Assembly (NCBI GenBank): GCA_040954595.2
Contig: CM082576.2
Location: 544,648 to 608,647, forward strand
Direction of reading: 5' to 3'
Length of the DNA: 64,000 bases
Source: Balanoglossus misakiensis
Lineage: Eukaryota; Animalia; Hemichordata
The notes under the pieces are model-generated. The model was not told where the DNA came from. It searched no databases and worked only from the letters and a program-made list of their open reading frames with translations. This document shows positions 38,301 through 51,294 of this stretch, in pieces. The translations under genes and the position numbers were made by a program. The number at the start of each line of letters is the position of its first letter. Within the stretch, counting starts at the first letter, position 1.

Positions 38301-41300
38301 TATCCAGTATTGTTTCTTGTGTTCGAGAATATGTGTTTCCTTGTCTTTTTCGTCTTTGAGTACGATGGACTTCTCCAAAAAGAGGTTAGAAGCTTGGTAA
38401 TTGCTTAAGTTAATTGAATAATTGTGGGTTTGATGTGTCGTTTTCGCAGGTTTATTCTTGCCAAGAAGCTTTAGAAGGGCGAGAACGTTTAACATTGTGC
38501 GCATTTTGAATGTAGACTCATTAGCACACATGTAGCCTTTGTTAGTGTATGGCCTGTGAGTGGTCGGTCACAACACCTTTGCACAAAAGAAAGCCCCCTC
38601 TTCTTTCTTTTTGGCTTCACAAAATCCCCGCTCCGATCTTTTGTGCTCGTGTGATTTTGATGCCTCTTAGAGCCATCCATGCCATTGAGTTGGTTGAATC
38701 ATTGAAAGGCATCAACCTGATAATTATCCAGTATTTGTTTCCAGTCTCATTTAGATGTGACCATCGTCCACCACAGGGGTACATACATGGACCAACGGAC
38801 ACATCTCTTCCATTTCCAGATTTAAATTGTGAAAAGACAGTGATGCAGATTGTCATGGCCAAAACATTTGATCTGCTCTGGTCGTCAAAGGGCGATCTGA
38901 TAATCAAACCCGTCGCTTAGTATTTCCGAACGCACACCAAAACTTTGCAGCTTCGAATTGAAAGGGGGCTTAAGTGATATCTACGCTGGGGGTATTAGGG
39001 GTGAGACGGAAACACGGGGGATCATGCTACAGCTTAGGGCTTTGCCATCAATGTGTGGATTTCAATTTCTGTGCAATTGGGACGATTTTTTCGTCGGGGG
39101 GAAACAACCAGGCTTATCTTGGAGTCAGTTTAAAAGGGAGAATTTCGTCCAAATATGTACTGTCAATCATCGGATGATGACCCGGGGCATATCTCTCATT
39201 AGAAGTCTCTTTGATATCGCTGCTTTCAAGAGCATTAGTGACTGTTATGCTATTATCTGAGCCGCTGAGCTGTGAGACTCGGCTAAATAGCACAGATACA
39301 GAGTCCTCAATGAAAAAAAAACAAGAACGGTAAAGGATGCTCGGAAAATTAGACAGCAAAATTGACGTAGGACACAGACTTTAAACTTTGAGTGACTGAC
39401 ACAAGAAGCGCGATAGATGCTGCGAACATTCATGTCTATATTTTTTATGTCGTGTACCCGAGCCGTGCATAGAGCGTCGCTGATGACTGTGTATAGAAGA
39501 GTCCGTGTTGTTGGTTCTCCACAGGATTACTCTTTGGCGAAAACACTTGACAGGGCGTATCATGAGTGCCGCAATGAAAATATACCACATAATAGTAACA
39601 GTTGGATAGCAAAGAGAGGGGGGAACCCCTTGAGATTGCAGTCAAGATCATCGCTTTTAAAATATCAGTTCGGTAAAGTACACATACATGTAGACAAATA
39701 TTGGTGAGCGATAATTGGGGGAAAGAGCCCGGCATATGGGTAGCATTCGGGACAGAACTGAGACTTCTATTGTTCTTCATCGCTCCTCGTTGTGCGATGA
39801 ATAGCGCTTTAGAGATCGCCCGATACTTCAGAACTTTGTTGTGAGGCACAATAACACGCAGTACTTAATTAATTATTGGTTAAGTTAAAGTGTGTGCTCG
39901 TCAGGGAGTAATGAATGCAGCGAATTTTTCTCCATGTAAAAAACACACGTAAAAAAATTGTTATGAGAGTTTTACTTTTCAAACATTCCCGCCGTGGGAG
40001 ATTACGGGCTGCAAAAATCTGAGTCGATTCCGTCGGTTTGTTAGCCAACCGCGGTTAGCTTAAATTTTCCAGAGGAGTTAATTTTCACGGCGACTTACAA
40101 TTCAGTGAGATGGAGTTTTTGTGTTTGTGTGATCGCGAACAATGCACACATATTGCGCTGAGGCATGAATGGGGAACGTAGACAAAACCTGGTTTAACTG
40201 TTTATCCGTCCAACTCGCACCTGCATCTACCCATGCTTTAGGTATGCGCACCCCTGCTGGCTACGTTCAAAAGGCTACGACCATCAAAGGGACCTTAGAC
40301 ATGTATATGTATAGCAGCGACAATGCTGTAAGAAGTCTGACTGAAATGGGTCCCTCGTCTCCCCTAAAATCTCGCGGATAAATTGAATTACTGCGGGGTA
40401 AATGCAATTCGGACGGGGAGATCTACTGTGTAGTCTCGGTCGCATTGACATGGGAGGTGTGGGTAAGGTGTTAGTCCCCGCCCAACCAATTAGGGGCCTT
40501 CTAATAGAGTATTTACGCCGAGCGCCGCTTTAGCAATCAATGCCACCATCACAGAGAAGGTTGCGAAATCAATGAGAGGGGAAAAAACAAATGGGGCCAG
40601 AATGGATCTTGAAATTGAGTTACTAGGTACTCACAGGATGAATAGAATTCGGCTTGTAATAATTTTGGCGTGTTTCCTTATTTGCTTCCCGTTCTGACGC
40701 TTGACATTCGGAGGTGTTAGTCGACGGGCGGTGAAAGACGTTCACACTTCCACTTTTCCTATAAAAATAAACAAACAAACAAAACAAAACATCACAATCA
40801 GAGAAATGATGATAATATCCGCTGGAAAGCAATTCAGTTACCATCCGTTCACGGACTTGAGTCTGACGAGGCCGACTGACAAGTGGGCGCATAAACAGTA
40901 TCAGAGCAAATCAATAATTTTGAAATGTACACCGGCTGTATATCATTCATAAAAATCATCCACAGCGACGGGGTCTCACTAAGGGTATCCCCCGTTCTTC
41001 AAAAACGCTTATGATAAATGCCAACAATGGACTAGCAAAGGGGAAATTAATAGATATTGATTGTTCTCCATTGGAGTCATAGACGTGCCAATAGTGAGCG
41101 TTGTTAAATACAGCTTGTTCGATACGGTGATGGGTGGTGGAAAATCGTGGCCTTTCTGTGTTAATTTATCCATCCAACTAAATTGCCTTGTCAGTTTCTG
41201 TTGTTGCGTGCGTCTTGTTATAGCGGCGTCGCGGCGGCAACTGCCCAAACCAATTAACAATATAAATTAATATACAGTGCCATTGAAAGACACATCATTT

Positions 41301-44300
41301 AGAGAGACATTTTTTCGTGCGGATTTTATTATTTCATAACACCATGATTTCTACATCATTGGAAATTCGAATATTTTTAGACTTGACAGAAGAGCAATTT
41401 CCCTGGGCCCGCAACACCGTGACCGGCAAGCGGTAGTCTTGCTTCGTTGGGTGCAACGGTCTCCCAACGTCGCCGAGTCGCGCCGTACACCCTACTGCAA
41501 AACGGCTTGACATGGCTCGACAAGTGGGTGTCACCGAAGCTTAAGACCTCTCCACGAATTGTTTGGAGAGAATGATACCGCTGTCATCTCTACTTGTCTG
41601 CTGCGCGGAATGCCGACACCAAAAGCAAGCCAGACAAACAAAAAAACATGAGAGGCTTTCTAAGCTTGCTTTGGGTTCGTGACTTTGTACGTGTTGACCA
41701 ACATTACTTGGCCCAACATATTTGTGTTTAAAAAAAACATATCAGCACCCAATTTTATACAGTTAAACAAATATTGCCTCTGTATCAAGAGAGTGTGGAA
41801 ATCGTCCGCTAATTAAATTGGTGTCCGACGGTATTGAACCGTAAAGCGCGCGCACGACCAAAAACTTACGACCGAAATTTGTGAACAATTAAAAAGATAG
41901 GAAATGCGTTAAGTGCGTGAGTGCGTGGTATGAAGGTCAGTGGGAATTCGACAAAAACAGGCCGCCGTTCCACGTCTCAATTAGCGCCGCAACACCGAGC
42001 TGCTTTTAGCGCGGTCGTGGGACCGGAAGGGATTGGGGGAGGGCTGGCAGAAAGAAGCAAGACTGCAGAACCGGACCATGTGTTCGGCAATAGAAGCTTT
42101 AATCAAGAGGGGAATTGTTGGTACTAATTAAGGTGGACAGAGCATGCGATGAAAGCAATACAGCCAAGGTGTCAGCTCGCTTTGTTCGCCGCTAAATGCC
42201 CAGCTTTGGAAATCCTTATAAATTATTAATCTCCTAACGTGTATCCTTTAATAATGGACGAAGCTGGCTGATAAACACCAGAGATTCGACTTTAAGCTCC
42301 ACAACACCCGAATAACTGCCGCGAAACGTATCCGTTTAGATGGCATTGTTTTTAGAAATTGAGAGTGACAAACAGGACGAAAGATGAAAAAAAGAAAAAT
42401 ATCAATCGGAAAAAATGGAGGAGGCGAAGGGGGATGTTGGAAGCCAAAGAATGGTCCCTTGGTTTGTGAAGGCCAGTCACTCTGACGTTGTATAGGGCCT
42501 TTTCAATACACTTCGCCAGATGTGTCGGTTCGGCTGGTGGGAGGTACCCATACATTGAGATTCAGTATGCATTATCCTCTTTGGAGTGGCAAAAGACAGA
42601 GAAAAGAGGTTCAACGAAACAATATTAGCACGATGATAGGTATTCTCATGAATTAAATAGCACCCCGCGATGTCGGTAAGCATTTCTAAGGGTCTACGGG
42701 GAAGGGCGGCCACATCAAAAGTTCCACTACGAGACATGTGGTCGAAAGCGTTCAGGTGCGATTTCCAACCACCTCTATTCAACACAACGCTAAGCTTGTT
42801 AATATTTGCATTTGAAAAAAAAAGACTGCCGTTTGAAAAAAATCGACAAAGACAAATTTGGTAAGAAAGTGGGTAACAAGGGACGAGTTCGCTTAAAAAG
42901 AGGCTTTATTTCTTCAGGAAAAAGCTCGGTTGGTTAGGTTTGCAAGCCACGCTTTTCTGTAAATATGGGACGGGACAATTCGTCAGCGTGTGTGTTTTAT
43001 AAAATTTAACAGTTTTGTAAACCAGTAAACGATTGCATTCGAGTTATTTTTTTTATCCCTTTCGGCCTTGTAGGCACGGCCAGCACATTGACGTTTTTGC
43101 GAGTGATTTATTCGCCGTTGTAGTAATTAGCAGGCAATTATTACAGACCATCGCAATCATCAACTGTTTTATAACGGTGAAACTCAATTGAGCGAGACTG
43201 CTATACATGTCATTTGCCGATGGCACCTCAGCTAAACAGATTACACTTAACGAGGGACTACGACATAGACCGTGGAACGACAGAGCCGACTATAGAGACA
43301 CGGTCCTCTGCGTTGCATATGAATTGGACAAATCAATCAGACTCGGTTGTTTCCGTTGAATAAGAATCCTCTCGTCGGCACTTTGTGTTTATTTCAAACT
43401 GGACAAGTACATATCGGTTTATTTCAGACCAGACGATGCCCATCATCAAAAATCCTCAAGACCAGCGCGCATTTTCTTTCTTTAAATGCGACCGACTTGG
43501 TCTTTTTCAACAGCACGTTTAACTATGTTACCTAACGTGGCGGCTTCAGGGGTTGATCCAGAAATATGGGTGTATAATGACGGGTTCGCGTAGGAGCGCA
43601 CAACACTGCACGTACATGTAGAGAGTCATGATGTAAGTCTAAGATGCCAGCGAACAGCGAACGGCGGCATCTCATCCGACTAACAGCAATTTAGCATTAA
43701 CAGTGAGCGTGCGCATAAGCTTATTAATGCAAAACACGGCTATCGCGAATTCACGGACCTATTATGATTTTGGGAAAAGTGAACAATGCACTGTGATATG
43801 ATATTATTTTGAGCGTGTCACGTGATTCCATTGTACCTTTCAGTTCGAAAACATTTTCATTTTCGCCCGCCAATTACCCCCGTCAATTAGAAGTTAGCAC
43901 CCTCCCCAAATCTGACATTTTAGTTGGAATTTGAACATCGTTAAATCATGTCAGCAGAACTTAACACGGAGCTGAATTTGAAAATTGCATTAAATGTGAA
44001 AACTTGGGACCGTAATCTTAGTTGTCAGTAAGATTCTGGTTAATGTTGGTTATTGCAAGAGTTTGATAGTCACATGACTCAACCGGATCTTACGCAAAAT
44101 AGCCCCATCCCGTTCCTGACGATGTGGCCGAAAATATAAGGCGGCAATTGGCCGAAAACTTCTTTTTACACTTCCAAGCAAGAAAAGCTTTAACTGATCA
44201 AATGTGATTGGGTAAAACCAAGTGCCAATATTTTAAATCTAAAATATAGCCGCCATTATATGTATTTTCTAAAGACAATTGAATTGTTGATGTAATATTA

Positions 44301-45321
44301 TGCACAACCGACTCCGAATTTAAGCTACATTAAAGATGTTTTAATACCATTGTGGTAAATTTCACATCTTTGAAAACCTGCATTCGAGGATGACGATTGG
44401 TCTGGCATGATGGAACCGCTTGCATACAGAGTGGCGTGCGCATGCGTCACCTTTATGAAGGCGAAAATGAAGCACATGAGGCAAAATGTGAGGGGAAGCT
44501 GGTATTGAAAACGCTAACCAATAAGACCCAGATTATATTCTTACTCTAATTTTCTCCCTCCAACCACCTCTCTAAGCAAGGTGAGACTTTACAACCTAGC
44601 GGAGGGGTGCGTTCACGAGTGCATGCTCCGTTCATGACCAAGATTATACAATAAAAAATATTGAATTTTTGTTGGCATTATTCGTGGGCTTTTTTGCGTG
44701 TTTGAGTTACCACAAGTGTTTGTGTCTGGTTGACTGCAAGTCGGAGTTTGGTGCATTTACTGAAATGTTCAGACTTGTACTTTTTACCACGTTCTCAACA
44801 GAACATGTTCATGTGAAATATAAGAAGAAGAAGAAGCCCATCTTTTTGCCGCAGAAAAGTAAGTACGCCAAGGAGGACCTGATCGGATCACGATTTGAAG
44901 CCATCAAAATGTTATCAACTAAAGCTCTGTGTGATAAACTGTGACAGAGGACTTGAGTTTTACACTTGTGGCCCGTTCGAGCGTCGGCAGAGCTATAGTT
45001 TGAAGTTTATCCCCGGGACTTGTCAGAACCAGGGACCTGAGCTTTTTCTGACCAGGGGGCAAATTGACGCAATTTTTTATAACGGTATAATAGCGCGATT
45101 GTTTATCGAGGAAAGAAGCTACACAACCAGGAGAGGGTGTCTCCAGTAATGACTGGTTTCCTGGGCTACCTATAGATTGGCATTCCATCCAACCCCCAAG
45201 TATTTCTGGGTAGCTGAAGTTTGCGCCAGATTGGAAGGCCGGAATTATTAAAAAACAAAATTTACACAGCGAGTGATGCGGATCTGTACAGTGCAAACTA
45301 TTGTGAAAGCACTTTCAGAAA

Positions 45322-45322
<1 letters not shown>

Positions 45323-45352
<30 letters not shown>

Positions 45353-45367
45353 GAGAGTGAGTGTGTG
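45323..45367. repeat. (GACA)7 followed by GA/GT dinucleotide repeats
   Basis: Directly visible. Confidence 0.9.
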
Positions 45368-46559
45368 TCGTGTGTGAGAAAGTGGAACCAATCAAAGGAA
45401 ACAAACATCACATTTTGGGTACAAAGATGTAAAACTAGGAGACTGACTCTCGGTACATGATACTTTGGGGCCAAATACCCACAATCACCCGTTGTGTAGT
45501 GTAGATTCTCAGTTTGGAAGTTTGGACGTTAGGTAATATCGTTCCTAGTGGTGCAGTAAACCCTGTAAGCTTCAAGCATATCAAAACGTGACTAAATGCA
45601 TTTCCCATTTTTCTGCTCATTATAGAAATCAACTCAGAAGTTCGACTTCGGTGATATTTTGGAAAGGAATATTACTGTCGGTTTGACTGACTCCCATTTT
45701 CGGTTGGCAACAGAAATCGTTATCGCGCGCATGATCACGGGCACGGGTGGAAACAAATTCAATTCAAAAGAGAAAAGGGGTCAATTCGTAGGTGATGCAT
45801 GATATTTTACATATACCAATCTTATGATTGCGGGTCTCTGTTATGAATAATTAAATCTTAGTTAGGAAATGGCACATATGGTTGTATCGACTGGTAGTGT
45901 CTCATAAGGGGTTGAAAACCATCAACTTTGTACAGGGGGAAAATAGCCGTGTTATCAAAAGATGGCATCGATGCCTAGTGGCAAATGGAATCTCCTCTTG
46001 TAACGATAGTCAAAAACAGAAAAAAATGACGTTATGTCTATTCGTCCAGTTTTAGTCTTTTGTGTTCGATTTTATCCATTTTTCACGAGAAGAGCGATTT
46101 TCAAAATGTTGACAAATGTGTGTAATAAAAAGAGGTTTTGTTCGTTTGAAATTTCACGCTGAAATGGAATATATAATGGTGCAATTTTGAACAATTTTCG
46201 CCGCCCGGTCTTTCTTGCGCCCATCAGTAATACTGTTCTCCATAAATATCTTCCATTTTTCTTTGACTGCGTTCTCAGTAATTGCGCTTTTCAACGGGCA
46301 GGACAACACTTGCCTGTTTACTGAGATATCTTTCACGGGGCGCTGTTCAGCGATTCGACTTTGTGAACAGTTTGATGCTGTGATTTTGTGTGTATAATGT
46401 ATGCCTGGCGTGGGTCTTGGCATTATTAGCGAGTCGGGCATCACGTGGCCATATGAATCGGCGTAGAGCCATCACACAAGGATCGTATAATAAAGAACAG
46501 TCATTACATTCAGCTAAGACTCTCAAGTTAGAATTGCATTCCCCGAAGCCAAAGGCGTC

Positions 46560-46621
46560 TCTTACCTACCCCCTCCCCCTCTCTCTTTCTCTCTCATTTT
46601 CTTTCCCTCTCCCTCTCTCTT
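46560..46621. repeat. Polypyrimidine (CT-rich) tract
   Basis: About 60 nt that are almost all C/T. Confidence 0.75.
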
Positions 46622-49600
46622 ATCACCGCTCCGTATCATCGCATAAGGCATACACGTACTCGTTAGTCAGAAATCGAAACGACAAAATTGAAAATAAATT
46701 TAAGGGCTGTTCAGTCGGCAAACTGAGGAAATATGGATGATTCAATTTCTAACTGATTCGAAAAGATGAAAGTGGAAATTGTGTGATTACTTCGGGGTCG
46801 CTAGGTCGACGAGCGAGCAAGGAGCATAGTGGAGAGTGCCCGTTTAGTGGAATGATACGGCGAGATGAGGATGAGGAGATCGGGTGTCATGGAGACGAAA
46901 GGGTGGTGGCCCCGGCAACGGGACGCTTCGCTTTAGCTGGGAAGGGCGAATGTCATCAAACTTGGACAGGACTAGTCATTACATGAGGCTAGCTAGGCAG
47001 TTCAGATTAGAGGGTAACTAAGTTGGACACCTTTGAGTTTAAAGTGAATAATGGATACGGGCGTTACGAACCAATCTTCAGCTAGGGGGAGCACGTTTGC
47101 AATAACGCGGATGCTACATCGCTCGTCGACTGGTATACTCCAAAACATAAAGAGTAAAAGGATTGATGCGCGATGGATATTATTCGCGAGGGAGTTCTAC
47201 GTCTTTCTAATTAGGCGAAAAATATGTCGATCACGTTTACACCCTTTTCTGTTTTGTTTTGGAAACAGTTTTGATTAGAAGATACCCGACGTAAACTACA
47301 GAGATTGTGTATCTCGGGGGTAGACAAACCACTGTCCCCTGAATTCTGTACTTAACTACGCCCGGTAGAAATGCATTTTAACGATGTACAGATTGCTGGA
47401 TATGGCACGGGCGGACACCCCGGCAGGGAAACTCGACAGAATACGCATACTGTATTCTGAAAAAAAAACACAGACGTGCATGCGAGGAATATTTTGCGTT
47501 TGCGTTAGCTGGCAATAGACAGAAAAAAAATCCCGATACTATCTTATTTATCCTGATCGAAGCTCGCACAGATCGGTGTCTGAGAAGGTGCTTTGATTTT
47601 TAGCGCCTAACAGCGGCTAGGCTAGTAAACCACTCTTTAAGTATTGATCGTATACGTGCAAATTAGATGTGATTCGATTCCTAATGTTCTCAAATGTAAA
47701 AGGTTCAACTTCTTTCACACCTTTGCCGCTCTCGGAAAAGATTCTACTGGAGCACCGAATGAAACAACTTGACATTCGACCCCGTAAATAACTCTTTCCA
47801 AATCTCAATGAATTTTAGCTGGCAGCTGGCAACCCTTGGCTACCATTAACATTTGACAGTCCCTTCCGTCCGCACCTTTGGAACCGAAAGGCGTTCTGTA
47901 ATCATCGCGCGTTTTACAGGTGAAATGTGGTAAAAAAAAACACTTCTTCACCATGAATTAATTTTTTAGGGGCAAAAGGACCCGTATCGTTCACCCCTTT
48001 CGCAACAACACACTTTTCTGAACAGGTTAATTGTCATCGATATAGGAGGCGGGCGATGAACCATGCTCATTAAAGTCTACGCTTGCTTGATTCTAGGAAG
48101 CTGCTAAATTTCTCTTTTTTCCGATAAAATATTCTAACCATGCGTAGACGACAACTTGCAAAACGGCAATGTGAAAACTTGATTGCAAGTCAAATACCGG
48201 CAAACACCGAGCGGCATACCCACTAGTTACTTTACAGTGGGTGCCCGTTTTTGATCTTTATTCGTCACTTACAAAGTGTTGAAAGACCGACGCTTATAAA
48301 TGAACTCTAAGTACGAGGGATTACTGTCAGTTCATATTATGCTGGACAAGGGAGTCGTTGGCTCGCTTCTCTCACTCTACAACAATTACATGCTGTACAA
48401 CGGAACGAACCCGTGGCAGTACACAACTGGCACTGCACATGTATCAACACACGTACACAAACACTACAGCGAGGTGCTGAGAAACAGTCCACACGACCCC
48501 TAACACACACGCAAGCCATAGACAAGATGTAAATTTCCATCCTGCACCAGAAAAAAAGAACCCAAATCACAGTCAGTGTTGACAGCTGACAGGTATCTCA
48601 GGGCGTTCTGATTAACAGATGAAGTCTGTTGACAAGACAGGCGCGCGGCGATGGGTGTCCAAGCATACATTTGACAGCTCCCAATTTGCCTTAACATTGG
48701 CGAACAGAGAAAATGGGCTGTGTGGGGGAAATGACTTGACGCTGTAATGTTGTGCACATTTAGGCCACTGACAGTTTTTAGTGCAAAAAAACAGGCGGAG
48801 GAAACCTGCATCAGACTATATCCTATTTATGTATTGATGGAGGCAATGGATGGTACATTCTGTTTCCCTAAAACTGATGTCTGGGTCAAAGTTGGCATGG
48901 AAAAGACGAGGGATAAAAGCACAGGATCAAGTGTTTCCATAGACTTTAATAACAACGATAATGATACAGTAAACACTATTAAATCTTGTCCATTATATTC
49001 AGAAACTCATTATATTTAATTGTGGTGGCTAAACAGTACTTTGAACTTGAGAATGCATTTGTGATTGAACTGTATGTAGACATATGTAACCGTTAAAAAT
49101 TTGAGGATACTGCCTTTTCAACACTGATGTGAAAAACTCGACAGAATCAGTTTCCTGCTGAGATGTGCCATGCTTACAAAGTGCTATATTTGCCATCTCC
49201 ATATGCCATTCTGACAAAAAAATTGTGAAGTTTCAATGTATTTTGAATGAACCGGTAATCCAGCCATTGACTGAAAAGAATTGTTAACAATATCAAACAT
49301 CCAACGATTCTCTGAAAAACACACACATCAACTGTCACCACCCAGCTACCATATGGCAGTAATGGCATTTAGCAAAATTCTGAAAATTATCATTATTACA
49401 CACTAAAGCGCATAAAACATTTTTTTTTTAATTTTTAATCTTAACCCACAATGATAAAAACGTATTTTTTATTTTTCAAACATGATCTACACACCTCTGA
49501 TAAAGAGTCTTTGCCACAGAGACTATGGCTACCAACTCTTTATCAATTACAAAATGCAAAATTAATGCTTTGACAAATATGAAACAACAAAGAAGAAAAT

Positions 49601-51231
49601 GAGTATCCAACGTCATTCTCAAAAGTCTCATATATTTTTCATCAGAGCAACATAATGTCATTATGAAAAGAGCTTTGGAAGATGCGCTGAGCACAAAATA
49701 CAGAAAGAGGAGGAAAAAAGATGTTGAAACGAGCTCTAAATCACAGGCAATTTGTATGGGGTCTTTGACATGAATATCATTCAGGTGTGATGTGTAAAAC
49801 GCAAACAATGGATACCTAATAGCCCCAGTTCATTTAGTGTAGGCTGCATTTACTTGTCTTCCCAGCCAGAGATTCAATCATAAAAATTGAAAAAAACCCA
49901 CTATTTGTATTGGTAATATAAGCAAATGACCCAGTCGTGCTAAAAGGAAGCATATTTTTGGATATTAATAAAATGAGAGTAAAACTGCGACAATCTTCAA
50001 CGACAAAAGTTCATGGCAATTTAAAGATTTGATTCTATTTTATATTTACACGCTCGGAAGAACATTTGATTACTGTGATTAGGCTAAAAAGCATGTTAAT
50101 TTAGATTTACGAGATAATGATTGGTGGATCTGCCACGCATATAGAATGCTCTTTTCTGCTGGCAGACAAGGTTGAGAACATTCATTCTGATCAAATATTG
50201 AAAGGTGATCATGTAATCTTCACATCTCAAAGCCCTAGCCATTTAATATTTGACGTGCCATTTGGAAAGTGCTTACGACCGACACAAAAAAGACTGTCAT
50301 ATATGCATATACACACATGCACAAGAAAATGGCAAAAATCTTAGTGACAGAATAAAAAAAAACTTTTTTCAAAAAAAGCAATGTTGGGTATTATTGATAC
50401 GAGAAGGACCCGGTAGGATTTGAAGACTATTAACACAAGACTATGACAGATCAATTTGTGCGTCTCATTTCAAAGGTGCTTGTAGGCTGATGGCCAATAT
50501 GTTTGTTATAAAAATATGACATGGAGGGTGATAAATTGTCTGCAGAGTTCTCTAAAAACCCTCCTAGTCTTCATTCCTGGCTCATTAGCAATCAACCCCA
50601 AAAGTTTACAAAATGGATTTTCAAGTATTTTAGTACACGCCGCTGAAGGGTTTTTCATCAGAGGTCGGCTGTGAGGAAGGAGCTACTTCTGAACGCGATT
50701 TTTAGTTTGAGGTCTCTTACTGGGAGAGGTTGAAGGGTACTTTGCTGGCAGATAAGGTAGTTTTTAATGGTGTGTATGGACTGTGCCCGCCATGGAGGAT
50801 CATCCATAGTGGATGACCAAACTGTCAGATACCTCAGTCTAAGTAGTGATAATAGTAACCTATAAGTACGCCATAGTGATATTTTATCTGACAAGGTTAT
50901 CTGTCATTGCGAGCAGGGCTCTATATCATTTATCTCTGTATTACTGTGTTTCTATGATTTTCTGAAATGCTCTGGTTGAAGTGCTACTAAACCGTGACTA
51001 AGACCCCTCTCCCCACTACGCTCTTCGTCATATCTCAGAGGTTAGAACTGTTGCGATACCCTAATGTGTCTTGCGTGCTGACATTATTCATCTTCAAGCT
51101 GGTTTGCCCCAACACACAACATCAGCCTCACCTGGGTTGTTGGTGAGGCTGTCATGGGATTGTCTAATCTTTTTGATGTGTGTTGGTTCTAGCAACAGGT
51201 GATGCTAGAATGGCGGCACTCAATCTGTGCC

Positions 51232-51294
51232 TCAGTAACGGCGTTCTGAATGCCTTGGTGGTGTAGGGTAGTTCCGTCCAGCTGCGTTGTAATT
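51232..51294 (-). CDS. XRN2: Terminal coding exon of probable 5'-3' exoribonuclease 2
   Basis: Strong acceptor (TCTTTCTTTCTTTCTTTTTGACTTTTGCAG, AG at 51296-51295), phase 0. Translates NYNAAGRNYPTPPRHSERRY*(TGA), similar to the recalled human XRN2 end GYPREGRKYPLPPPSGRYNWN. Convergent position next to an NK2.1-family gene matches vertebrate XRN2-NKX2-4. Confidence 0.8.
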   Translation of the reverse strand, partial: NYNAAGRNYPTPPRHSERRY

